This document shows positions 45,726-55,993 of a DNA stretch of 64,000 bases, piece by piece (positions within the stretch are counted from its first letter, which is position 1; the number at the start of each line of letters is the position of its first letter). The translations under genes were made by a program, and so were the position numbers. Origin of the DNA: an uncultured virus (IMG/VR IMGVR_UViG_3300007539_000017) (taxonomy: Duplodnaviria > Heunggongvirae > Uroviricota > Caudoviricetes). Location of the stretch: the IMG/VR virus record IMGVR_UViG_3300007539_000017; one strand, given 5' to 3'. Below the pieces are notes generated by a model. That model ran no database searches. It was given only the letters and a program-made list of their open reading frames with translations, and was not told the DNA's origin.

Positions 45726-48700
45726 ATGGCCAGAAATAGCGTTACAGCATACTCTCTTGAAGCTAGAATAGTAATGGGCTTTGACGATAAAACGTTAAAG
45801 CAAGCCAACCAACAGATAAAAAGAGAAGCTGCAAGAATACAACAATCCACAGCTGCTGTATCTAATACATTAAGAGGATTAATGTCTGCATCAGGTGCAG
45901 CTTTTGGTGCTGTTGCTGGTGGTATGACTATAGCTGCCGCTACTGCATCTAGATTTGAAGAATCTTTTGTAGCTGTTAAGAAAACATTAAATATTGGTCC
46001 AGAAGTAAAAGATGTTGATAAAGCATTCAAACAAATTGCAGATTCATTAATAACACTTTCAAAAATATCTCCAGTCACTACTAGAGAATTAAATGAGATT
46101 GCAGCTGTTGGTGGTCAGTTAGGTGTAAGTGCAAAAGATATTGTTTCTTTTACTAAAGTAATACAGAAATTAACAGTAGCCACAAACTTAGGTGCAGAAC
46201 AAGCTGCACTATCAATGGCTAGACTTCAAGAAATAACAGGAAGTTCAGTAGATGAATTAGATAACTTAGGTGCAACATTAGTTGACTTAGGTAACAACTT
46301 TGCTGCAACTGAATCTGAAATTGTAAATGCAGCTATGCAAATTGCTACAGCTACTGCACAGATATCAGGAACTTTAAATAATGCTGCTGTAGATGCTTTA
46401 GCTTTTTCAACTGCTTTAAGAGCTATTGGTCAGCCAGCACAAGCAGGTGCAACTGCAATAGTTAGGTTAATGAATGAGGCTAGTACTGCAGTAGAATTAG
46501 GTGGAAGTAAATTAGAAATATTCGCAGCAACTGCTGGAGTTTCTATGAAAGAATTCGTAGATTTATTCGCTGTTGATTCTACAAAAGCAATTGCTTTATT
46601 TATTAAAGGATTAGACGACACATCAAAAGTTGGTAAGACAAGTTTAGAAATATTATCTGAATTAGGACTAGGACAAGTCAGAAGTAGAAAAGCAATACTT
46701 GCTTTATCTAAAGCTAACAATACATTATTTGATGCTATAGATACTGCTAATAGAGCTTTCATAGAAAACAATGCACTTAACTTAGAAGCAGAAAGAAGAT
46801 ATGATACTTTAGCTTCACAAATAGCAAGATTAAAAAATATTACTTCAGCAGGATTTTTAAATTTAGCACAAGATACTGGAAGTTTAGAGACAGCTAAAGC
46901 TTTAGTTGAAGAAATATCAAATATTACATATTTAATTATGGATAATTTTGAAAAAATAAGTTTTACTGTTGCTAAAGTATTAGGACCTCTTTTAGCTATA
47001 TCAACAGTATTTAAACAAATGAATTCGAATGTAAGAGATATGGCTGTTGCTTTAAGAGTATTTGAAAATGCATCAGAAAGTATTAATGCTTTAAATAGTG
47101 TCGCTGCTCAGAGAGGTGTTCCTACAGGTAAATCATTTGAATCAAGTGTTTTATATGACGAAAAAACTGGTGCAGGATTTGGAATGAGAGGGCTTCAAGG
47201 TTCTAGAATATCAATGATGGATAAAGTTATGGCTATGCCTGGAATGGGATTACTTAATATGTTTGGATTCACAGGTGGTAAAAGAAGAAGACAAGAAAAT
47301 TTAGCAAGACAACAATATTTTAGAAATAGGCCAATAGCAGACGCATTCATGCAAGGTATTGACCCATTCTCAATACAAGCAAAAGCTCCACAAACTTTAG
47401 ATGAATTTTTATCTCCATTTGATAAGGATACTGGTAAAGGTGGTGGAAACATAATGTCTAGACTACTAAGAGATTTATCAGCAGGAACTATTACAAAAGA
47501 AATGTTTGATGAAATAACTACTCAAGTAGTAGAAAATGTATCAGACATTTACAATGAAGCAGGCGAAATTATATCTCAAGGTTCAATTACAACTATGCGA
47601 ACTGAAAAAGATATGATTCAACAATACAGAAATAAGATTGCATCTGGAGAAATTATAGAAGGCCAAACAGAAATGGCAGAAAATGCTTTAGAGTTTAATA
47701 GAAAACTAGGTGCTTTAAATTATCAAAATTTAACTTTATTCGATAAGTTTATATATTCAATACAAAGACAATTATCTGGTAATGCTGAATTGTTTGGAAA
47801 ACTAAGAACACTTATGCTAAAAGCACAATTAGCAATGTTTAGAACATTGTCAGGAATTCCAACAGAAGCAATCGGAATGGCAAAGAAATTATCTTTTATA
47901 GGACCGATGAGGAACATAAGGGGCATGATGCCGAAACAATTACCTCAACTACCTTCAGGGCAATACGCTGGTGCAACAGACTTCAAAATTCCAAGATTAC
48001 AAAAACTTTTGGATATGTTATTTTCCGCCAGAAATATGCGTCAACTACCTGGCACAAGACAATTACAATTATCAAGCAGACAATCATTCGGACAATTACC
48101 TGCAAGAGCAGGCTCTAGAGCTTTAGCAACTATTCCAGGAGTAACTGGAACAAGGGGACTAGAAGCTACTTACCCTGCAGCAATTATACTATTTACTAAA
48201 TTTGAAAAAATATTACGCGCTTTAAATGCGCAAGTAGCAAGACTACTAATTCCACTCAAAGCATTTGGTTCTGCAATGAAGGATATATTCCAAACTTTAA
48301 TTGCTTCCATGAGAGGACAGTTTGCATCTTTAGCAGAACGTCCAATGTCAAGAAGAGAAGAGTTAGTTAGAAGACTTGCTAGACAAAGAGATAGAGTTAC
48401 ACAATCAGCTACTAGAGGTCCTGGTATTGCCGATATAAGAGCTGAAGCTGCAAGAAATATTGCAAGAAGAGCACGTATTAGACAAATAAAGGAAAATAGA
48501 GCAGTTATTGAAGACGCTAAGCGTCAAATGAGAATTGACAAAATTCTTAATAGAAGAAGAAAGATGATACGTGATGCCAATTACTTTGAAAGTACTAAAG
48601 GCGATGGAACTCTCTTTGAAGCAAGTAGAAAATATCCTAGAGGAACACAAATACCATCAGCAGGTGGAGGTAGGTTACAAAAACTACGTTTTGACCCTGA

Positions 48701-51700
48701 AGCTGGAAATGTTTATGGAGCTGATAGGTTTGGAACTTATGGTCCTCAACCTCCTAATGCAATAATAAGAATGCAACAAAGAGTTAATAAAGCATATGCT
48801 GCATTATCAGATGCAATTATGTTACAAACTGTAAAACTTTCTAATGTATTAAATGCTGCAGCAGCAAGAGTAGGAGCAGCATTCATTAATCTAGGTGGTG
48901 CATTTGCTGGTATAGGATTTATTCTTAAAAACCTAAAGAGTTTAATACAATTCGCAAGAAGTAACTTCCAATTTGATTTTGCAAAAATGGGTAGGTCATT
49001 TATACAGAATATGGCTTTGCGTGCTCCTAAAGCATTACCTTCAGGAAGAGTGCCTAAAGCTTTACCTGCACCAAAACCTAGAATTCCAGTAACAGCACAT
49101 GGTAAAAAACCATTTGGACAATTACCAGCTTCTACTGGAGCACAAGATGTTCTTAGAGTTGAACCATCACGAACTGCTGCAATGCGTGCAAAATTATTAG
49201 AAAAACAACGTTTAATTATTGAAAGATTAAATAAAGTTGAAGCTAGAGGAGCAGTTATTAAAAAAGTTAAAGCTGCTGCTGAAAAAGTTGAAACAAAAGT
49301 AAAAGCTACAAGTGTTACAGTTACTGAAGCTGCTGAAAAGGTTGAAAAGAAAACTTTAGCTAATAAATTTAAAGAATTTGCTGCTAGAAAAGCAAACGCT
49401 GCTGCTCTAAGAATAGAAGAAAGAGCTCAGGCTAAACTTAATAGAACAAAAGCTAAAGAAGCTTTACCTAAGTTAGGTGACCTTAAGAGACAACTAAGAG
49501 ATTTACAAACTGCTGCTGGCCCAGTAAGTAAAAGAAGCGCTACTAAACAATTAGATGAGTTCCTTGATGGATTATATGGAAAAGGTAATAAGAGCTTTAC
49601 TAGAGGTAGAAGAAAATTAATACTAAGAGGATTAGATTCTGAAGTAGCAGCAATGGTAGAAAAATCTAGACAGTTAGCTTCTACTGGTGGATTTGAAACT
49701 ATGAAATTCAGAGGTAAAGATGTTAAAGTTACAGCAGATTTAGCTAAGAATTTTGATAAAGCAACAGTAGCTGGTGCAAAGTTTGTAGGAATATTTAAAG
49801 GCATATTTAAGTTTGGAGGTATGGCTTTACTTGTAATGCGTGTAATTGCTCCACTAATAAAGATGATTGCTAGAGCAGGTGCAGAAGCAAAAGGATTAGA
49901 AGAATATAAAAACTCATTAAGAGAAATTACTAACGAATTCCAAGAGCTTCAATCTAATACAGTCAAGCTAGCTGAAGCTCGAAAACTTTTAGCAAAAGAA
50001 CAAAATGTATTTTCACCTGATGGAAAAACTACAATTGCTGAGACTTTAGAAGAATATGTAAAAGAGCAAGAGAAAGCATTAGCTAAACAAAATAAAAATA
50101 TTTCTGAGCAATTAGGTAAAGCATTTTTAGATGGAATGCTACTTGTTGAAAATCAAGTTGATGAAGGAGCATTAGCAAAAAACTACTTCAAACTACTTGA
50201 AAAAGTAACTGGTGATACAGAACAACAAATAAAAGATAGAATAGCTGTTCCAGTTGGAGAAGCTATTAGAGGCATATTTGAAATGGGTGAAATACCTACA
50301 TTCCAAAATATATTTGATGAATTACTCTTCTCTGAAGATATTGATGGAACTTATTTATCATCTTACTTTAAAGGTACAAGTAGAGAAATAATTGATGCAA
50401 TGATTGGAGATGATAATCCATTTAATGTATTCCAAGACTTATATACAGAAGCAATGGCAGATATGGATTTGAACTCATTTGGACTTGCTTCTGCCGATAT
50501 AGGTACAGGACTCTTTAATGTATTAGATAAATACACTGCATTTACACAAATAAAAGGTGATGAACTAGCTGCAAGAATAGGACAAGGTAATTTATTCCAA
50601 GGATTAAATGAACAACTAATAGCAAATATTGGTGGTTCAGATTTTCTTGAGCATGAATTAAATCAAGTATTTACAAGTTTAGCAGATGCATTCAGAGTAA
50701 AAATGCCAGATGCTACTGACACTGAAGTTGGTAAGGCAATATTAGACTTCTTAGTTTTCATGGAAACATTTAACAATCTTGCTGGTAAGAGTATTTCTGA
50801 TATTGCAGATACATTAGAAATGCTACCTGAAGACTCTGATGCAATGGGTGCATTGAGAGATATGTTAGAAATTTATTTAGACGAAATGACAACTGCAGGT
50901 TATTTAACTGAAAGAGAAGTTTTAGCAGCTGGCGATAGTACAACTAAGATGTTACAGCTTTACAAGAATGCTCAATTAGCAATATCTAATGAAATAACAG
51001 ACGCTAACAAAAAGATGCAAGACGAATTTGGCATAACAGCCGAAATGTCATTAAGACTTGCAATTAAAGCTAAAGAGGCTTTCAAACAAATAAGAGAAGC
51101 TGCTACTGCACTAGGAAAACCATTAGAAGACGCAGAATTAACAGATGTATCATTCGGTAAACTTTTAAATAATTTACAAGATAACAGAAAAGCTATAGAA
51201 GCGTATGAAAAAGATATTGCACAATTAAGAGCAAAAGGATTTGAATTTACAGCAGATAGATTACTACAAATGGGTCTAGGTGGTAGAGATATAGCGGCTA
51301 GAGCTTTAGAAGACCCAATGGCTGCACAGGCTTTAGAGTTTGAATTAATTAAAACTGCTCCTGCAACTGCTTCTGATGTAGGTGTTAAGTCTCCATTAAT
51401 GGATGATGCCTATATGGACCAAATGAACAACTTGGGTATTCAGATAACAGAAAGCTTTGTAAAAGGTATAGAAGATGGATTCCCAATTATAAGACAAATG
51501 TTTGGAGAAATGGGTGAAGAGGTTGTAGCCGCACTTAGAGAAGCACTTGGATTCGGTTCACCATCTAAAGTTATGATTCAATTTGGTAACTGGACAAGTG
51601 GTGGATTTGCACAAGGTATAAAAGAAGGAATACCAAAAACTGAATTAGCTATGCAGGATATGGCTAAAAATAGTGCGGAAGCATTTAGAGCAATACTAGG

Positions 51701-53939
51701 AATTAATTCAAACTCTAAATTATTTACACAATACGGACAAAATGTAGCAAATGGTTTTGTAGATGGTTTAAGAGGAGCTTTTGGGTCAGCTGGTGGAGTA
51801 AATGCAGCATTTGATGACTTTGCAGAATTAATAAAAAGATTCGGTGGAAACGTAGAAGCATTTTCAGCATTCATAGCCTCTACTTATGGTGAAGGAAATT
51901 TCCAAACATTCCTTGAAGCATTTATGGATGGTGTTTCTACTAAAGCACAAAAATACACATCTGACCAACAAAAAGCTTTCCAGATGGTAACTCAATTAAC
52001 AGGAGCTGAAAGAGCTAGAAACTCTGCTTTATTAAATGTAATGCAATCTAAAGCAGCTTACGCGAAACAATTAAGAGACGAAGCTTCATTACAAGATAGA
52101 ATTGGAGATACTTTAGAGAGGCTAAATAAATTAGAACAAGAAGGTAAACAAGGTAACGTAACTGTTAAAGAACGTATTGGAATATTACAAAAACTACTTT
52201 CTTTAAGAGAGATGGAAAAGAGAGCTGCTGGTGAATATACTGCAAAAGAAGCTCTCGCGATACAGGATAAAGAACAAGAGGTTAATACTCTTGCAAGAAT
52301 GTACGATAAAGGTGTCATAAGTGCATTAGAGTTCCAAGCTGCACAAGAAGAACTTTCTGAAATGAAAGGTGAATTTAAAACACAAGAAGATAAAGAGTTG
52401 TTTTTCTTACAACTAGCTGATGCTCAAACAGAATATGAAGATGCACAAGCTGCTGCTTTAAAAATAGACCAAGAGCTTGTATCTACAAGAGAAGAATATT
52501 TTGGATTACTAGATGAACAAGAGCAAATGACTCTAAGAGTAAAAACAGCACAAGATAAATATTCAGCAGCTACTGAAGGTGCAGTAGAAGCTGATTTAGC
52601 ACTAACATCTGCAATATTATATTTTGAAGAGAATATTGGTCCTCATATAGATACACTTTCTACTTTAGCTGAATCATATGGAGCTATCACAACAGAGGTA
52701 GATGGATTAATTGATGCATTAGAAAAATATAAAGAAGGAAGTATTGATAGCATATTTGGACCTGATGGTGCTGAGATAACAAAACCATCTATATATGATG
52801 AAAACAAAAATAAAGCTGTCGAAGAAGAATTCAATGAATATGTATCAGATGTTAATACAGCTCAACTGGGCGATAAAATGAGTTACCAAGAAGCTATGAA
52901 TACATTTAAAGGTTCTTTTGAAGAAGCAGGACTATTAGATGAATATCAGAAATTTATATACAATCCACTTTTATCTCCAATTTTTAAACAAGGAACTGCT
53001 CTTAATATGGAATCTAATAGATTAAGAGAAGAAGAGCAATTCATGACTAATGCTGATTTAAAAAATATAAAAAATATTCTTGATGTATTTAACAATCAAG
53101 GTCTAAACAGAATCTTTAGAGAAGAGTCTGGAACTACAATACTAAAACAATTTATTGAATCATTAGGTCTTAACTTAACTAGAAAGACTGATGGTTCTGG
53201 ATACACCTTCTTTGAGAAAAACTTAAAATCTGTAGAAGATAAATTAGGAATATCACTAGGAAAATTTTTAGAAAACTTTGGAGATACTTTTACTGGAATT
53301 ACAAAACAATCTGCAGACGAGATGTCTTCTTCTGCAAAAAATCAAGCATACATTGAAAAAGTATTAAGTGGCTCACCAGTACATCAAGAAATGGATATGG
53401 GTGTAGAAGTAGCTGAAGATAATGGAACAATATATGTTCCACCAGGTTCTGCTTACCCTGCAGTATATATAAATTCAGCTGGTGAAGAAAGAATTGTAAC
53501 AAATGATGCTGCAAGACAAGCTGCACTTAGAGCTGGATATAGAGATACTGGAAGAAGACCTTCTGGATATGTTCCTCAAGGAATGATGGGGCTAAGAACA
53601 AAAGGTTATAAAATGGGTGGAAGAATTCCAGATATGTCACATATTAAACCTAAAAAATATGCAATGGGTGGTAGAACTCAAGACCACATGATGAAGCGAG
53701 CTCTTGTTGGAGAATATGGCCCAGAAGAAGTAAGATTTGTTCCAGGTTCAGGTTTCTTAGTAAAACCACTTACAACAGGTGGTAGGGGTAATAACACCAT
53801 AGTTCAAAATTTATCTGTTAATGTTACTGGTATACCAGTAGATAATGCTTCTGCTAGAAAAGCAGCAATTCAAATCAAAAAAGCATTACAAAGATTAGAT
53901 AGAGAAGGTAACGCTGGTGGAGGTATAAGGAACGTATAA
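45726..53939 (+). CDS. Tape measure protein (2737 aa)
   Basis: TP901-type core (FE..F..VKKT, LGNNFAATESEI), SPSK..QFG motif, C-terminal ALVGEYGPE. Confidence 0.93.
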   Translation: MARNSVTAYSLEARIVMGFDDKTLKQANQQIKREAARIQQSTAAVSNTLRGLMSASGAAFGAVAGGMTIAAATASRFEESFVAVKKTLNIGPEVKDVDKAFKQIADSLITLSKISPVTTRELNEIAAVGGQLGVSAKDIVSFTKVIQKLTVATNLGAEQAALSMARLQEITGSSVDELDNLGATLVDLGNNFAATESEIVNAAMQIATATAQISGTLNNAAVDALAFSTALRAIGQPAQAGATAIVRLMNEASTAVELGGSKLEIFAATAGVSMKEFVDLFAVDSTKAIALFIKGLDDTSKVGKTSLEILSELGLGQVRSRKAILALSKANNTLFDAIDTANRAFIENNALNLEAERRYDTLASQIARLKNITSAGFLNLAQDTGSLETAKALVEEISNITYLIMDNFEKISFTVAKVLGPLLAISTVFKQMNSNVRDMAVALRVFENASESINALNSVAAQRGVPTGKSFESSVLYDEKTGAGFGMRGLQGSRISMMDKVMAMPGMGLLNMFGFTGGKRRRQENLARQQYFRNRPIADAFMQGIDPFSIQAKAPQTLDEFLSPFDKDTGKGGGNIMSRLLRDLSAGTITKEMFDEITTQVVENVSDIYNEAGEIISQGSITTMRTEKDMIQQYRNKIASGEIIEGQTEMAENALEFNRKLGALNYQNLTLFDKFIYSIQRQLSGNAELFGKLRTLMLKAQLAMFRTLSGIPTEAIGMAKKLSFIGPMRNIRGMMPKQLPQLPSGQYAGATDFKIPRLQKLLDMLFSARNMRQLPGTRQLQLSSRQSFGQLPARAGSRALATIPGVTGTRGLEATYPAAIILFTKFEKILRALNAQVARLLIPLKAFGSAMKDIFQTLIASMRGQFASLAERPMSRREELVRRLARQRDRVTQSATRGPGIADIRAEAARNIARRARIRQIKENRAVIEDAKRQMRIDKILNRRRKMIRDANYFESTKGDGTLFEASRKYPRGTQIPSAGGGRLQKLRFDPEAGNVYGADRFGTYGPQPPNAIIRMQQRVNKAYAALSDAIMLQTVKLSNVLNAAAARVGAAFINLGGAFAGIGFILKNLKSLIQFARSNFQFDFAKMGRSFIQNMALRAPKALPSGRVPKALPAPKPRIPVTAHGKKPFGQLPASTGAQDVLRVEPSRTAAMRAKLLEKQRLIIERLNKVEARGAVIKKVKAAAEKVETKVKATSVTVTEAAEKVEKKTLANKFKEFAARKANAAALRIEERAQAKLNRTKAKEALPKLGDLKRQLRDLQTAAGPVSKRSATKQLDEFLDGLYGKGNKSFTRGRRKLILRGLDSEVAAMVEKSRQLASTGGFETMKFRGKDVKVTADLAKNFDKATVAGAKFVGIFKGIFKFGGMALLVMRVIAPLIKMIARAGAEAKGLEEYKNSLREITNEFQELQSNTVKLAEARKLLAKEQNVFSPDGKTTIAETLEEYVKEQEKALAKQNKNISEQLGKAFLDGMLLVENQVDEGALAKNYFKLLEKVTGDTEQQIKDRIAVPVGEAIRGIFEMGEIPTFQNIFDELLFSEDIDGTYLSSYFKGTSREIIDAMIGDDNPFNVFQDLYTEAMADMDLNSFGLASADIGTGLFNVLDKYTAFTQIKGDELAARIGQGNLFQGLNEQLIANIGGSDFLEHELNQVFTSLADAFRVKMPDATDTEVGKAILDFLVFMETFNNLAGKSISDIADTLEMLPEDSDAMGALRDMLEIYLDEMTTAGYLTEREVLAAGDSTTKMLQLYKNAQLAISNEITDANKKMQDEFGITAEMSLRLAIKAKEAFKQIREAATALGKPLEDAELTDVSFGKLLNNLQDNRKAIEAYEKDIAQLRAKGFEFTADRLLQMGLGGRDIAARALEDPMAAQALEFELIKTAPATASDVGVKSPLMDDAYMDQMNNLGIQITESFVKGIEDGFPIIRQMFGEMGEEVVAALREALGFGSPSKVMIQFGNWTSGGFAQGIKEGIPKTELAMQDMAKNSAEAFRAILGINSNSKLFTQYGQNVANGFVDGLRGAFGSAGGVNAAFDDFAELIKRFGGNVEAFSAFIASTYGEGNFQTFLEAFMDGVSTKAQKYTSDQQKAFQMVTQLTGAERARNSALLNVMQSKAAYAKQLRDEASLQDRIGDTLERLNKLEQEGKQGNVTVKERIGILQKLLSLREMEKRAAGEYTAKEALAIQDKEQEVNTLARMYDKGVISALEFQAAQEELSEMKGEFKTQEDKELFFLQLADAQTEYEDAQAAALKIDQELVSTREEYFGLLDEQEQMTLRVKTAQDKYSAATEGAVEADLALTSAILYFEENIGPHIDTLSTLAESYGAITTEVDGLIDALEKYKEGSIDSIFGPDGAEITKPSIYDENKNKAVEEEFNEYVSDVNTAQLGDKMSYQEAMNTFKGSFEEAGLLDEYQKFIYNPLLSPIFKQGTALNMESNRLREEEQFMTNADLKNIKNILDVFNNQGLNRIFREESGTTILKQFIESLGLNLTRKTDGSGYTFFEKNLKSVEDKLGISLGKFLENFGDTFTGITKQSADEMSSSAKNQAYIEKVLSGSPVHQEMDMGVEVAEDNGTIYVPPGSAYPAVYINSAGEERIVTNDAARQAALRAGYRDTGRRPSGYVPQGMMGLRTKGYKMGGRIPDMSHIKPKKYAMGGRTQDHMMKRALVGEYGPEEVRFVPGSGFLVKPLTTGGRGNNTIVQNLSVNVTGIPVDNASARKAAIQIKKALQRLDREGNAGGGIRNV

Positions 53940-55297
53940 TGCATCAAATACATTTAGGAAGAATTAGTTTTATATCTCCAGGAACACTACAACTTAGTGC
54001 AGGACCTGATGGAAAAAGTTTGTCTATCAGTGGTAAATTTGGTGGTGTTGAACATACTATTGACCATATAAAATACTTAAGAGATGAGCTTCAATCAATG
54101 TCAACTATGGATGAACATGTCCCTTTTATTTACGATGGTGATACTACATTAAATGGATATGTTAAAGTAGTTAGTTCTAGTGTGGATATACAAAAATATT
54201 TACAAGGTGGAATTAGCTATGATATTAATTTAGAATACATAGGTAAAGTAGGTGATGTACAATTTGAATCAAGACTTACTGGAGCTTTATTAGAAAACGA
54301 TTTTATAACTACAGCAACAAATCAACAATTTCATGCTGCACCAGGAAATAACTTTGCTTTTATACATAATTCATTACCTGGAAGAGCATTAAGAGTTGCT
54401 AGAGATTTAACAAGCAGTACAGCATCTGATACAACAAATTTATATATAAATCAATCAAGTATATTGAGAAATAATAACTCTATATATAATTTGGATATTA
54501 GTGATTACTACAAAGGATGTTGTCAAATAAGAATGGGAGAACATATGGAAAAATCTTCTCCAGGAGCTTCTGATACAGTAGTTCAAAGTATCAAATGTGG
54601 TAAATACGCTGGAGACTGGTCTGTAGGAGATACATTAGTTCTTGATAATGGAATTATAAAAATGGTTTTAGGAACAAGTACTGCTACTTCCAGTTTTAAT
54701 ACTTTTATATGGGATGTAAATCAATATGCTACAGAACAAGAATGGGTATTTTCCGAAGGAGACCCAGCCTCAGCCTCTGACCAACATGGTGAATTATTCT
54801 TAGGTTGGCACAGAGTACAAATACTCGTTAATAGACCAGAATTAGTTGTAGTTAGATGTACTACTTATAAAGATAGTGATACAAGAGGTAAAAGACTTGT
54901 GGTAGACTTTTCATTAAGAAGAGGAGCGCATCACATAGGCGTAATAACAAATTACTACACTGCTGGTACAAAAATAAATATTGCTTTAGAGTCAGCTCCA
55001 TCAACTGCTCCAGATGTAACAAATATATTAAATGGTTTTATTAAAGATGGTTCTTCTTCTCCAGAAGATGGAAATTATTGGATTCTAGGTGGGTTAAAAT
55101 CTTTAGATTCAGATACATCTATAACAGACAGAGGTATGTTGAGAAACAATGCTAATGGTTCTGTTTTTGGTTTTATGGTTGGATATGAATTAATTGACCC
55201 AAATACAAATGCTGCTTTATCTCACAATACTGCTAGCAATGTATACAAACAATATGTTGACAATATAAATGAATTTCAAAAAATGGTAAAAGCATAA
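53939..55297 (+). CDS. Minor tail protein
   Basis: Follows the tape measure gene; beta-rich. Confidence 0.7.
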   Translation: MHQIHLGRISFISPGTLQLSAGPDGKSLSISGKFGGVEHTIDHIKYLRDELQSMSTMDEHVPFIYDGDTTLNGYVKVVSSSVDIQKYLQGGISYDINLEYIGKVGDVQFESRLTGALLENDFITTATNQQFHAAPGNNFAFIHNSLPGRALRVARDLTSSTASDTTNLYINQSSILRNNNSIYNLDISDYYKGCCQIRMGEHMEKSSPGASDTVVQSIKCGKYAGDWSVGDTLVLDNGIIKMVLGTSTATSSFNTFIWDVNQYATEQEWVFSEGDPASASDQHGELFLGWHRVQILVNRPELVVVRCTTYKDSDTRGKRLVVDFSLRRGAHHIGVITNYYTAGTKINIALESAPSTAPDVTNILNGFIKDGSSSPEDGNYWILGGLKSLDSDTSITDRGMLRNNANGSVFGFMVGYELIDPNTNAALSHNTASNVYKQYVDNINEFQKMVKA

Positions 55298-55989
55298 TGC
55301 CTATTACAGAAAAATTAATGTCACAAGGTCAAGTAATAGTAACTTTAGATTTATCTTTGGTGCCAAATTATATTTTGAATTCTATACAGCCATGGGACCA
55401 AATTGTAATAACAGACTCAGAAATGGAAGCAGCAGAGTGGATAGATAGTGTAATGTTACCTTCATCAGAATATGTAGGTGTAATACAGTCTTTATCTATT
55501 GAGCCAGAAACAGCAGAAATTGAAGGAGTTGGTATATCTGTTTACCTTGGAGATTCTGACAATAAAGGATTAGGTGTGAGTGAAATACAAAACGATGGTT
55601 CATCTTCTAGAGTCTATGAAGATAATACATTAGAATACGTAATTAATAATAATAATGGACAACCTTATGGATTGCTTAGAAATAATGACAGCGGAAGATT
55701 AAGAAGTGTTTGGCCTGGAACTATAACTGAAAAAACTATTCAAGATACCGACTTACTTTTAAATTTTGAAGGCACAGATGGTGATACAGATTATGACGAT
55801 GAGACCGATTTAGAACATAACTTAGAATTTTACGACACAGCAAAAATATCAGACGACCAAGCAAAATTTGGTAATACAAGTTTATATTTAGATGGTGATG
55901 GTTATGTATTAGTTGACTATCACCCAGGATTTCATCCTGCAAAAAATGACTTTACAATAGAGTGGTGGGAGTACAGGTTACAACCGTGA
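55297..55989 (+). CDS. Minor tail protein N-terminal part, ending in the first strands of a LamG domain
   Basis: LLLNFEG.DG...QAKFGNTSLYLDG...DFTIEWW then stop. Confidence 0.7.
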   Translation: MPITEKLMSQGQVIVTLDLSLVPNYILNSIQPWDQIVITDSEMEAAEWIDSVMLPSSEYVGVIQSLSIEPETAEIEGVGISVYLGDSDNKGLGVSEIQNDGSSSRVYEDNTLEYVINNNNGQPYGLLRNNDSGRLRSVWPGTITEKTIQDTDLLLNFEGTDGDTDYDDETDLEHNLEFYDTAKISDDQAKFGNTSLYLDGDGYVLVDYHPGFHPAKNDFTIEWWEYRLQP

Positions 55990-55993
55990 TAGT

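Noticed and set aside
55987..55992. Stop-codon reassignment at TGA TAG
   Set aside because: The downstream ORF is in another frame, and all three stops end genes normally elsewhere.
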